Source: an uncultured bacterium
Lineage (GTDB): Bacteria > Planctomycetota > UBA1135 > GCA-002686595
Length of the DNA: 64,000 bases
Assembly (NCBI GenBank): GCA_943787795.1
Contig: CALSNU010000006.1
Span: 512,001-576,000 of the forward strand
Reading direction: 5' to 3'
The translations under genes and the position numbers were made by a program. Shown here in pieces: positions 55,322 to 64,000 of the stretch. Positions within the stretch are counted from its first letter, which is position 1; each line of letters starts with the position of its first letter. The notes under the pieces were generated by a model, which was not told where the DNA came from, made no database searches, and was given only the letters and a program-made list of their open reading frames with translations.

Positions 55322-57990
55322 GCCTCGATCGACGCGAACTCCTGACCCTCGCTGGCGGCCTGGGCGCCGCCGCCTTCTCCGGCGGGCTCCTCTCGGGCTG
55401 CAGCTCGAGCGGTGACGGGAAGGCCCTCCCCTCCATGGGCGACGCCATGGCCACCCGCATCGACTACGGCCGCGCGAAGGCCGTGCCCACCATCTGCTTC
55501 GGCTGCACGACCCACTGCGGGGTCATCGGCTGGGTGCAGGACGGGCGCGTGCGGCAGATCGAGGGCAACCCGAAGGACCCGAACACCCAGGGCGCCATTT
55601 GCGGCAAGGCCCAGGGCGTGATCCAGGCCACCTACGACCCCCAGCGCATCGTCTACCCGCTCAAGCGGGTCGGCAAGCGCGGCGAGGGCAAGTGGCGCCG
55701 GGCCACCTGGGAGGAGGCCATGACGGAGATCGGCGGCAAGCTCAAGACCCTGCGCGACGAGGGCCGGCCCGAGGAGCTCGTCTTCCACTACGGCCGCGAC
55801 AAGACCAAGGGCTTCACCAGCCGCTGGACCGACGCCTTCGGGACGCCCAACCGCCTCAACCGGCGCTCCATCTGCAGCTCGAACCGCCGCGTGCCGCTGA
55901 TGAGCATGTACGGACGCGAGTTCGAATGGGAGTCTCAGGACCTCGAGCGCACGAACTACGTGGTCAACTTCGGCGGCAACCCGATGGAGGCCTATCAAGG
56001 CGGGCTCTTCATGATCCGCCGCCTCATGGACGCGCGCGTGGACCGTGGCGCCAAGCTGGTGACCTTCGAGGTCCGCCCCTCGGCCACGGCGTCCATCAGC
56101 GACGAGTTCCACACGGTGCACCCCGCGAGCGACGGCGCCATCGCCATGGCCATGGCCCACGTCATCCTGCGCGAGGGACTCCAAGACACCGCGTTCTGGA
56201 ACACCTGGGCCAACGTGGACCTCGACACCATCCGTGAGCAGGTCAAGGACTACACCCCCGAGTGGGCCGAGGGGATCTCGGGCGTGCCCGCGGACGACAT
56301 CGCCCGCATCGCGGTGGAGTTCGCCAAGGCCGCGCCCGCCTGTTGCACCATGTCCAACCGGGGCAGCGCCAAGCACTACAACGGCGTACAGGCGGACCGC
56401 GCCATCCGCATGCTCGACGTGCTCGTTGGGAACGTGGGCAAGCCCGGCGGCTTCTGCCTGTCGACGCTGCGCATGTGGAAGAACCGCTACGGCCAGTGGG
56501 GCCTGCCGGTCATCGACCAGCCCGGCCCGAAGCCCTCCAAGCCCAAGGCGTGGCGGCCCGGCACGCGCGAGTTCGAGATGCTCCCCGCGGACGTCCAGGA
56601 GCGCGTCGCCGCATTCCCGGAGATGTGGCAGAAGAAGTACTTCGGCGAGCTCGCGACGCCGTCGGAGTACCCGCTCTCCTGGCACTGGTACAACATGCGC
56701 GTCGGCCAGCTGGTCTACCCGTACATCAAGGAGGGCCGTCAGAAGGTCGGCGCCTACATCAGCTACACCCTGGGCGCGGCCTTCGGGTACCCCGAGGCCG
56801 ACGTGGCTCGCGAGGTGCTCATGGACGAGGAGCTCGTGCCCCTGCACGTGGCCATCGACATCAGCTACAGCGAGCAGGCCGCGCTGGCGGACTGGATCCT
56901 GCCGGACGCCACGGCGCTCGAGCGCTGGGACGCGCACTCCACCAACAACTACGGCCTGCGCCCCTATACCGGGATCCGCCAGCCGCTGGTGGAGCCCATG
57001 GGCGAGGCACGTCCTGTTCAGATCATCCTGCGCGACCTCGCGCGGACGATCGGCGGCGGCATGGAGGCCCACTTCGACTTCGAGGACCTCGAGGACTACT
57101 ACCGCGAGTGGTATGCCGAGGTCCCGGGCGACTGGGAGTCCCTCAAGCGCGAGGGCATCTGGACCGATCCCGAGCGGCCGCTGGATCACGAGCTCTACCT
57201 GCGGGAGGTGCCCGCCGACGAGCTGGTGAACCACAGCGTCGACCCGGAGACGAAGATCGTCACCGCCGACAAGGGAGCCAAGCGCGTGGCCGTGGGGATC
57301 GAGCTCGACGGCAAGATCGTGCGAGGCTTCGATACGCCCACGCGGCGCATCACCGTGCAGGAGCCCCTGTATCCGCTGGCCGCCGCCCACGTGGGGCTTC
57401 CACTCACCGACATCAACGCCCTGGAGCTCCCCACCTGGGGGCCGGTGCCCGAGCACGTGGACCTCGCCGAGGACCGCTTCGTCCTGACGACGTTCAAGTG
57501 GAACGTCCACACCCAGGGCCGGAGCGCGGGCTGGAAGTACAGCTCCGAGATCGTGCACACCAACCCCGTGTTCATGAACCCGAAGACCGCCCTCCTCCTC
57601 GGGCTGACGGAGGGCGACGAGGTGACCCTCACCGTCTTCCGTCCGGCTCAGCACACCTATCGCGCCGGCGAGGACGAGCCCGTGGGCACGTTCACCCAGA
57701 AGGTGCGCCTGCTGGAGCGCGTCCACCCCAAGGTCGTCGCGGTCTCGCACCACATGGGGCACTGGGAACAGGGCAACGTGGCGCGCGCCGACATGGAGAC
57801 CCCCTCGAAGGGCGAGGTCGGGTTCGGCTCGGAGTGCGACGCCGACGTCACGGACCGCGTGTGGTGGTCCAAGAAGCGCGGCGGCTCCGGCGGCGGTCGG
57901 CACCTCAACGACGCGCTGCCTATCAACCCGACGCCTCTGGTCGGTGGTCAGAGCTGGTTCGACAACGTCGTCGCCATCGAGAAGGTATGA
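55315..57990 (+). CDS. Molybdopterin oxidoreductase catalytic subunit (DMSO reductase superfamily), Tat lipoprotein
   Basis: DRRELL Tat motif and LSGC lipobox; FS0 CFGCTTHC...ICGK; YPLKRVG.RGEGKW; SICSS putative Mo-ligand loop; ADWILPDAT.LERW. Confidence 0.92.
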   Translation: MVSLDRRELLTLAGGLGAAAFSGGLLSGCSSSGDGKALPSMGDAMATRIDYGRAKAVPTICFGCTTHCGVIGWVQDGRVRQIEGNPKDPNTQGAICGKAQGVIQATYDPQRIVYPLKRVGKRGEGKWRRATWEEAMTEIGGKLKTLRDEGRPEELVFHYGRDKTKGFTSRWTDAFGTPNRLNRRSICSSNRRVPLMSMYGREFEWESQDLERTNYVVNFGGNPMEAYQGGLFMIRRLMDARVDRGAKLVTFEVRPSATASISDEFHTVHPASDGAIAMAMAHVILREGLQDTAFWNTWANVDLDTIREQVKDYTPEWAEGISGVPADDIARIAVEFAKAAPACCTMSNRGSAKHYNGVQADRAIRMLDVLVGNVGKPGGFCLSTLRMWKNRYGQWGLPVIDQPGPKPSKPKAWRPGTREFEMLPADVQERVAAFPEMWQKKYFGELATPSEYPLSWHWYNMRVGQLVYPYIKEGRQKVGAYISYTLGAAFGYPEADVAREVLMDEELVPLHVAIDISYSEQAALADWILPDATALERWDAHSTNNYGLRPYTGIRQPLVEPMGEARPVQIILRDLARTIGGGMEAHFDFEDLEDYYREWYAEVPGDWESLKREGIWTDPERPLDHELYLREVPADELVNHSVDPETKIVTADKGAKRVAVGIELDGKIVRGFDTPTRRITVQEPLYPLAAAHVGLPLTDINALELPTWGPVPEHVDLAEDRFVLTTFKWNVHTQGRSAGWKYSSEIVHTNPVFMNPKTALLLGLTEGDEVTLTVFRPAQHTYRAGEDEPVGTFTQKVRLLERVHPKVVAVSHHMGHWEQGNVARADMETPSKGEVGFGSECDADVTDRVWWSKKRGGSGGGRHLNDALPINPTPLVGGQSWFDNVVAIEKV

Positions 57991-58535
57991 AGGAGCTCGC
58001 GCCGCTCTACGAGCTCCTGGCTCGACTGCTCACCTCGGAGGTCGACGCGGCGCTGCTCACCGCCCTGAAGGCTCCGGAGGCCAGCGTGCTCCTCGAGCGC
58101 CTGGCCCCCGGGTTCCTTGAGGAGGAGCCCGACCTTGACGAACTTGCGGGGGAGTTCGCGGCGCTGTTCCTCATCCCGGGGGGCGCCCCGCCCTTCGCGA
58201 GCGCCTGGGCTCCGGAGGGCGCACCGGAGGAGCTCCCCGAGCGCATCGCCACCTTCGTCCACAAGGCGATGGAGGTCCTCTCGGTCGAGCAGAGCGGCTC
58301 AGCCGGCCGCCTGTCCCTGGACCACGCCGGGCTCCTGTGCGCGCTGGTCGCGCGTGGCCTAGAGGGCGACGCGTACCAGCAAGATCTCGCCAAGCACGTC
58401 CGAGAAGAAGCCCTGGCGCCCTGGGCGCCGCGGTTCGGGGAGGCGGTCGAGGCCAAGGCCTCCAGCAAGGTCTACCAGGCGGCCGGAGCCTTGCTGGTGA
58501 GTCTGCACGGGGACCCGGCGCAAGCCGAGACCTGA
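57987..58535 (+). CDS. TorD/DmsD family maturation chaperone
   Basis: EFAALF..PG..PPFASAW, DHAG, LAPWAPRF; ATGA overlap with the molybdoenzyme gene. Confidence 0.85.
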   Translation: MKELAPLYELLARLLTSEVDAALLTALKAPEASVLLERLAPGFLEEEPDLDELAGEFAALFLIPGGAPPFASAWAPEGAPEELPERIATFVHKAMEVLSVEQSGSAGRLSLDHAGLLCALVARGLEGDAYQQDLAKHVREEALAPWAPRFGEAVEAKASSKVYQAAGALLVSLHGDPAQAET

Positions 58536-58598
58536 GACCCGAAGGGCCCTCGGCTCCACTGGCTCTCGACTCCACTGGCTCTCAGCTTCACTGGCCTC

Positions 58599-58718
58599 GG
58601 GGACACTACCGTCGGGGACACTGCCGCTGGGGACACTGCCGTTGGGGACACTGCCGTTGGGGACACTGCCGTTGGGGACACTGCCGCTGGGGACACTGCC
58701 GCTGGGGACACTGGCACT
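58599..58718. repeat. 15-bp tandem repeat GGGGACACTGCCG[CT]T x8
   Basis: Read directly; no spacers. Confidence 0.96.
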
Positions 58719-59428
58719 GGGGCGCCCAAGGGAAACCACCCGCGCGGGCGCGCCTCGGGCCAGGGCCTTCCCGGACTTGGTGGGTTCGCCCTGGATCGGA
58801 CCAGATCGCACCGACACATCCCGAACGCATCCATGCGGCCGAGAAGAATCGAACGACCCGTGGCTGCCCCAAGCCGCCCTGGACAAAGGACTAAGGCCTG
58901 TATCCAAATAGGTCCCCGATGCGTCGCTTGAACTCCCCGCCGCAAATAAGGTATACCCCTAGGCGTTGTCGCCATGCGCGACCGCGACCCCACCACGACT
59001 GCCCCGGACGCGCGCTCCTGCCAGAGCCGCGACCGAAGTCGGGGCCCGACGCCGGCCCGGGTCTCTTCCTTGGCCTCTGCTCGCTGCCCTGGCTGCGCCC
59101 TGGCGAGCGGCCCCTGGGGACCGCCCGCTGACGGTTCCTCTCCGAGTGAGGCTCGCTCAGCAGGGGCCGCTGGATCGCTCCACCTGTTCCGTCGCGGCGG
59201 GTCAGGCGCTGCCCAAGGACCTGAGAGCCGGAGTTTCGTCGGAGGCCGGCCGAGTGCGAGCCCCCTGGAGGAGCAGGCAGGGCGCCTCGCCTCCTCGAGA
59301 CCCCTGACGTGGCGAACCTGCTCGCGCCACGCTTGCGCCCCTGAGCCTGGCGATCACGCCCCCTCCCCCGCCCCTCCACGACCAGCATCCACCCCGGATC
59401 GACGGAGGCGGGCGGATAGGATGCGATC

Positions 59429-61672
59429 ATGCTCCTCGCGCTGATCCCCCTGTCGCTGTCCCTACCCCAGGCCAGCGTCGACATCTCGTCCCTCCCCGTC
59501 CGGGCGCCCGCCCCCCTGGCGCCCCTCGCGACCGACTGGCTCCTCGACGAGGTCGCTCGCCGCGCCGAGGTCTACCGCGATGAGCAGGGCCAGACCATCG
59601 TCCTGGACAACGGGCTGCTCCGGCGCTCCATCCGGATGACGCCGAACGCGGCGACGGTCAGGCTGGATGACCTGATGACGGGGAGGTCCCTCCTCAGGGC
59701 GGTCCAACCCGAGGCCATGGTGACCCTGGATGGGGTCCCCCACGCCATCGGCGGGCTCACGGGGCAGCCCAACCTCGCCTACCTCGACCCCGAGTGGCTC
59801 GCGGCCATGGAGGCCGCGCCCGGTGCGTGGCGCGTCACGGGCTTTGACGTCGGGGTACCAAGCGAGCGTCTGGCCTGGGCGAGAGTTCGCCACCATGCGC
59901 CGGACGTCGCCTGGCCTCCCCCTGGTATCTCCCTGCGCCTGGACTTCAAGGAGGCGTCCGGGGATGGCAGCGCGCCGCCAGGCGTGACGGTCTCCGTCCA
60001 CTACGAGCTCTACGACGGCGTCCCCGTCCTCGCCAAGTGGGTGACCGTCTCGAACGCGGGGAGCCGCACGGTACGCGTTGACGACTTCACCATCGAGCGG
60101 CTGGCCGTGGTGGAGCGCGACTCCATCGTCGAATCCAGGGAGGGCGAGCCCATGGACCCGCCGGACCTGCGCGTGGAGACCGAGTACTCCATGGGCGGAC
60201 TCTCCTACAAGAACAGCCGCCGCCACGGGTACCGGTGGCTCGAGGATCCCGACTACACGAGCCAGGTCAACTACCTCAAGGGCACGCCCTGTCTCCTGGA
60301 CGTCGGGCCGGAGAACCAGGTCCTGCGCGACGTCAAGCCCGGGGAGACCTTCGAGTCCTTCCGCGCCTTCATCGGCGCCTATGACTCGGAGGACGTCACG
60401 CGGCGCGCGCTCACGGACGGTCGGATCTACCGCACCATCGCCCCGTGGGTGACCGAGAACCCGCTGATGATGCACGTGAGGCACGCCGACCCGGACTCGG
60501 TTCGGCTCGCCATCGATCAGTGCGCCGAGGTGGGGTTCGAGATGGTGATCCTCACCTTTGGCAGCGGGTTCAACGTCGAGGATTCCTCGGACGCGAACCT
60601 GGCTCGCATGCGCGACTACGTGGCCTACGGCGCCGCGAAGGGCGTGGAGGTGGGGACCTACTCGCTGCTCTCCTCTCGCCGCGTGACCCCGGCGGGAGAC
60701 AACTGCCTCAACCCGCTCACAGGGGAGCCTGGCGGCGAGGGCATGATCCACGGGGGTACGCCATCCCTCGCTTCCGCTTGGGGCCAGCGCTACCTCCAGA
60801 CCCTGCGGACCTTCTTCGCGCAGACCGGCGCCATGCTGCTCGAGCACGATGGGCCCTACCCTGGGAACCTCGACGCCGCGGCGCGCCCCCCGCTGCAGCA
60901 GGGCGTCGAGGACTCTCGGTACGTGAACTGGATGCTGTCGCGGGACCTCTACGCCGACCTCCGAGCCAGGGGCGTCTACATCAACGCCCCCGACTGGTAC
61001 TTCCTCGCGGGCACCAACAAGTGCGGCATGGGCTACCGGGAGGTGAACTGGTCCCTGCCCCGCGCCCAGCAGGTGATCCACACGCGCCAGAACATCTTCG
61101 ACGGGACCAAGTACAAGCTCCCCAGCATGGGCTGGATGTTCGTCCCGCTGACCCAATATCACGGGGGTGGCGCCGCCGCGACGGTCGAGCCGCTGGACGA
61201 GCACCTGGACCACTACCGCGCGATGCTTGCGAGCAACCTCGGCGCCGGCGTCCAGGCCTGTTACCGCGGGCCGCGCCTCTTCGACACGCCCCGCGTGAGG
61301 GACGCCGTCAAGGCCCACGTCGACTGGTACAAGGCGCACCGGGACATCCTCGAGAGCCCCGTCATCCACGCCGCCTCCCGGAGATCAGACGGTCGGGACC
61401 TCGACTGGATCCTGCACGCCAACCCGTTGCTGGACGAGCCGGCACTGCTCGTGCTTCACAACCCGACCGACCGACCGATCAAGAGGTCCATGAGCGCTGA
61501 CCTCTACTTCTCCGGCCTTGAAGGCTCGGTGACCGTCGAGGGTGGAAGCGGCGCCGACCTCCCGGCGGCAAGGTCCCTCGGCGAGGTCGCCCTGGACGCG
61601 AGAGGTCGGGCGAACATCGACGTCGAGGTCGCCGCCCGTGGCATGGCGTGGTTCAGCTTCCGTCGCCCTTGA
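59429..61672 (+). CDS. Exported alpha-galactosidase-like glycoside hydrolase (GH36/clan D-like)
   Basis: Signal peptide, LDNGLLRR, HYELYDG, IDQCAEVGFEMVILTFGSG, EHDGPYPG, GMGYRE.NWSLPR. Assignment is from recalled family resemblance. Confidence 0.7.
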   Translation: MLLALIPLSLSLPQASVDISSLPVRAPAPLAPLATDWLLDEVARRAEVYRDEQGQTIVLDNGLLRRSIRMTPNAATVRLDDLMTGRSLLRAVQPEAMVTLDGVPHAIGGLTGQPNLAYLDPEWLAAMEAAPGAWRVTGFDVGVPSERLAWARVRHHAPDVAWPPPGISLRLDFKEASGDGSAPPGVTVSVHYELYDGVPVLAKWVTVSNAGSRTVRVDDFTIERLAVVERDSIVESREGEPMDPPDLRVETEYSMGGLSYKNSRRHGYRWLEDPDYTSQVNYLKGTPCLLDVGPENQVLRDVKPGETFESFRAFIGAYDSEDVTRRALTDGRIYRTIAPWVTENPLMMHVRHADPDSVRLAIDQCAEVGFEMVILTFGSGFNVEDSSDANLARMRDYVAYGAAKGVEVGTYSLLSSRRVTPAGDNCLNPLTGEPGGEGMIHGGTPSLASAWGQRYLQTLRTFFAQTGAMLLEHDGPYPGNLDAAARPPLQQGVEDSRYVNWMLSRDLYADLRARGVYINAPDWYFLAGTNKCGMGYREVNWSLPRAQQVIHTRQNIFDGTKYKLPSMGWMFVPLTQYHGGGAAATVEPLDEHLDHYRAMLASNLGAGVQACYRGPRLFDTPRVRDAVKAHVDWYKAHRDILESPVIHAASRRSDGRDLDWILHANPLLDEPALLVLHNPTDRPIKRSMSADLYFSGLEGSVTVEGGSGADLPAARSLGEVALDARGRANIDVEVAARGMAWFSFRRP

Positions 61673-61757
61673 GGCGGGTGCCCTTGACCCGGTCATCTGA
61701 CCCCGCGCACCCCGCCCGCCGCCGGAGAACAGGCGGCGCTACCGCTCGCGCCCCGGC

Positions 61758-62909
61758 TCAGGTCGTCTCTTCGACGGGTGCTGAGGCTCGCTTGCGCGCC
61801 AGCAACATGCCTGCGGCGATGAGCGCGGCCCCCAGCCCGTAGAGGATGGGTGCCCGGCTCAGGGTGCGGGGATCCGATCCGATCGCTGGCTCTGCGTAGT
61901 AGACCTCCGCGAAACGGGCGTCCACGTCGGCCCCCGCGGCGATCCACTCGGCCTCGTTGAGCCGCAGCTCCGCCCACCAGGCCTCCGACTCCGCGAGCTC
62001 TGTGGCGAACTGCGCCTCGAGCTCCTCCACCCGGAGGCTCCGGGTCTCCCCGGACTCCGGGGTCTGCATGGAGAGCGCCTTGCGCGCCTTTTCCCGATAG
62101 GCCGCCGCCGCGCCCGGATCGTCGCACGACTCCGCGGCTCGCAGGAGCGCGCGCGCCGCGAGCCCCTTGGCGTCCTGCTGGAAGTCGGCGAGCAGCAGGT
62201 CGCTGAGCGCCTCGAGGAGAACTGGCGAGGAGTGGTTGCCGAACCGGATCATCCCGGCGACGCCGGCGACTCCCGCCGCGATGGCCTCGGACTGCGCCTC
62301 GGGCGCGGCGGGATCCAACTCCAGGCGGGCCGCGAGGAAGGCCCAGAAGTTGGGCGCAGGCGCCGCGCCGATCTGGCTCGCGGACTCCGCGCAAAGGGGG
62401 AGCTTCACCTCGGCCGCGCCAGCGCGCTTGGCCAGGACGTACTGAACAAGGAGGAGCTGGTAGACCTCTCGCCCGAAGTGCGCCTCCGGGTTGACGGCGA
62501 GCGCCTCACCGATGAAGCCTGCACCGACCTCGAGGTTGCCGGCGTGCACGTGGAAGGTCCCGAGGTTCGCGAGGGTCTCGTACCGGCGAGGGTCTTGCTC
62601 GAGCAACGCCTCCATCAACGCGATCGCGCGCTCATCCTCGCCCAGCTTCGAGTGGGCCACCGCGAGGTCATCGACCAGCTCGGGGCCGACCTCGCCGCGC
62701 TCCATACGAGCCGTCCGGTCCGCCACGCGCCAGCGATAGTACGCGTCGCTGTGCCTCAGGAACTTGCCCGAGACCACCTCGAGGACGCTCGGGAAGCGCT
62801 GGCGCTCCATCAAGCGCGTGTCACGATCCCAAAGACACGCGGAGGCCGCTGCCGCGTGGACGGCACCTGCCATCAGCAGGCCACAACCCAGAAGAACCCA
62901 GTATCGCAT
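61758..62909 (-). CDS. Exported TPR-like protein with N-terminal CLWDxDT motif and C-terminal membrane anchor
   Basis: Signal peptide ...ASA-CLWDRDT; DDLAVA, YETLANLGT, NPEAHFGRE; C-terminal TM followed by RKR. Confidence 0.78.
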   Translation of the reverse strand: MRYWVLLGCGLLMAGAVHAAAASACLWDRDTRLMERQRFPSVLEVVSGKFLRHSDAYYRWRVADRTARMERGEVGPELVDDLAVAHSKLGEDERAIALMEALLEQDPRRYETLANLGTFHVHAGNLEVGAGFIGEALAVNPEAHFGREVYQLLLVQYVLAKRAGAAEVKLPLCAESASQIGAAPAPNFWAFLAARLELDPAAPEAQSEAIAAGVAGVAGMIRFGNHSSPVLLEALSDLLLADFQQDAKGLAARALLRAAESCDDPGAAAAYREKARKALSMQTPESGETRSLRVEELEAQFATELAESEAWWAELRLNEAEWIAAGADVDARFAEVYYAEPAIGSDPRTLSRAPILYGLGAALIAAGMLLARKRASAPVEETT

Positions 62910-63112
62910 GGCCGGAGCATAACCCGGCACCCCGCCAGCGGAACCTGCGGGCCCAGCGTCCCTCTGCAGGGCCGCCTCGGCTCTCTCCGCCAACCCACCG
63001 TGGCCGGGAGTTCCCTGCGAAGAGTCAATCCCATCCCCGCCCCCACCGGCTTGAGCGGCTAGCCTCGCGCTGCAGGTTCAGCATTCCACCCCCGCCCCCC
63101 CCAACGGAACCC

Positions 63113-63493
63113 ATGCCCAATTGCGCTTCGCCCGAGTCCACCGTCCAGCTCTACATCGACGGCGTGAGAACCGGCAGTCGAGAGGCTCTTGAGACCGCCT
63201 TCCACGCCGACGCACGTATGTTTGGCGCCCTCGCCGGCCAGCGGGTGGACGTCGCCGTATCAGAGCTGGTGGCGATGGTGGCCGCCCAGCCCGCCGATGT
63301 GGACGGGACCTTCAAGGCGACGATCCGCTCGATCGAGACCCACGGTGACGTCGCGGTTGCGGTGGTGGACGAGGAGAACTTCTGGGGCGCAGTGGGCTTC
63401 ACGGACATCTTCACCCTCTCTCTCATCGAGGGCTCCTGGCAGATCGTCTCCAAGACCTTCCATCACACGGGCGGACTGCCCCCCGGCGCCTGA
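63113..63493 (+). CDS. NTF2-like / putative lumazine-binding family protein
   Basis: YIDG..TG...L..AFHADA.M, FTDIFTL...EGSWQIVSKTF. Confidence 0.85.
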   Translation: MPNCASPESTVQLYIDGVRTGSREALETAFHADARMFGALAGQRVDVAVSELVAMVAAQPADVDGTFKATIRSIETHGDVAVAVVDEENFWGAVGFTDIFTLSLIEGSWQIVSKTFHHTGGLPPGA

Positions 63494-63592
63494 GGGCTGC
63501 GGGCCCGCAGCCCTCATCCAGGGTCGAGGGCGGGCCCACGGTCCACGGTTGGGCTGCGCCGAGGAGGGACGCCCCGCCGAGGATTGGGCGAC

Positions 63593-64000
63593 TCAGGTCT
63601 CCAGCTTCTTGCCCCAGCCGCTCTGCGTTGAGCGCTGAAGTACACGCCGCAGCTCGACCAACTCGGAGGTCCGCCGCCTCACGGACCGCTCCATGAGGTC
63701 CAGCTCCCCCCGCAGCCGCTCGAGGGCGGACACCTGGCGCCGAAGACCCTTGAGGGCCTCCGCGGGGAGCTCCTCCTTGGTCTCGACGCCGTGCTTGCCC
63801 ATCGCCTCCGCGAGCGCCTCGCCCGCCACCTTGGACCACTGGCCGAAGCGGACGCGAGCATCGCCCAGCTGGGCCTGCTGGCGCTTCAACTCCGCCTCCG
63901 CAACTTCAAGCGCGCTCTCTCCAGGCGCCGGCTCGTTCCCTGGAGAGCAGTCTGCGGGGCAGAGATCATCCGGAGTGGAGCGCAGAGAGACCGCAGCCGG
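63593..64000 (-). CDS. Hypothetical coiled-coil protein, 5' end probably beyond the window
   Basis: The frame of ORF 63593..63889 stays open to position 64000; heptad-like Leu/Glu/Arg pattern. Confidence 0.5.
   Translation of the reverse strand, partial: PAAVSLRSTPDDLCPADCSPGNEPAPGESALEVAEAELKRQQAQLGDARVRFGQWSKVAGEALAEAMGKHGVETKEELPAEALKGLRRQVSALERLRGELDLMERSVRRRTSELVELRRVLQRSTQSGWGKKLET

Noticed and set aside
55315..57990. Specific call as arsenate, polysulfide or tetrathionate reductase
   Set aside because: The active-site loop and operon structure do not match any of these well enough; a phylogeny is needed.
53907..58535. Selenocysteine recoding in the molybdoenzyme operon
   Set aside because: No in-frame TGA interrupts a conserved domain; the TGA codons are ordinary stops, two of them in ATGA overlaps.
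58599..58718. Possible CRISPR array (also 26756..26874 and 21568..21687)
   Set aside because: Units are contiguous with no unique spacers, are shorter than CRISPR repeats, and no cas genes are present.
58337..58911. ORFs with GHCRW or GTLPL pentapeptide repeats
   Set aside because: These are translations of the 15-bp intergenic repeat; one overlaps the TorD-like gene in another frame and none has a convincing start.
59130..59250. Glycine riboswitch or hammerhead-like words on the minus strand (CTCTCAGG, GGAGAG, GACGAAAC)
   Set aside because: Order and spacing do not fit, and the CCGAAG and CTGATGA core elements are missing.

Overview
GC-rich (visually ~70%) bacterial chromosomal segment, very likely from a Planctomycetota genome. 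Evidence: two PSD1/planctomycete cytochrome c + DUF1501 pairs, an ECF sigma factor paired with a Ser/Thr kinase, and a sulfatase. An OM190-like lineage is inferred, not shown. About 44 CDS were called; no rRNA, tRNA, CRISPR array, integrase or transposase was seen. Recognisable modules: CDF transporter; DUF5993-like + DsbB; CarF/TMEM189 desaturase divergent from a lipid kinase; COG0523 zinc chaperone; tricorn protease; persulfide dioxygenase-rhodanese fusion; Fur/Zur-controlled outer-membrane protein + metal ABC operon with a clear operator; Tat-lipoprotein molybdoenzyme operon; alpha-galactosidase-like hydrolase. Most notable observations: (1) six exported proteins, mostly with unrelated N-terminal parts, share a ~130-160 aa two-Cys C-terminal domain (...FQxW[HY]RD...SNxT...VxF), a candidate undescribed sorting or surface-anchoring signal; (2) a mirror-symmetric locus in which a divergent kinase/ECF pair is flanked by two paralogous carriers of that domain; (3) a coupled transglutaminase / 7-Cys mini-ferredoxin / molybdoenzyme / TorD operon lacking both the membrane anchor and the membrane-proximal Fe-S clusters. 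Three genes carry single-base frameshifts that look like consensus errors. Many intergenic tandem repeats abut gene 3' ends. All family assignments come from motif recognition by eye, without database searches.
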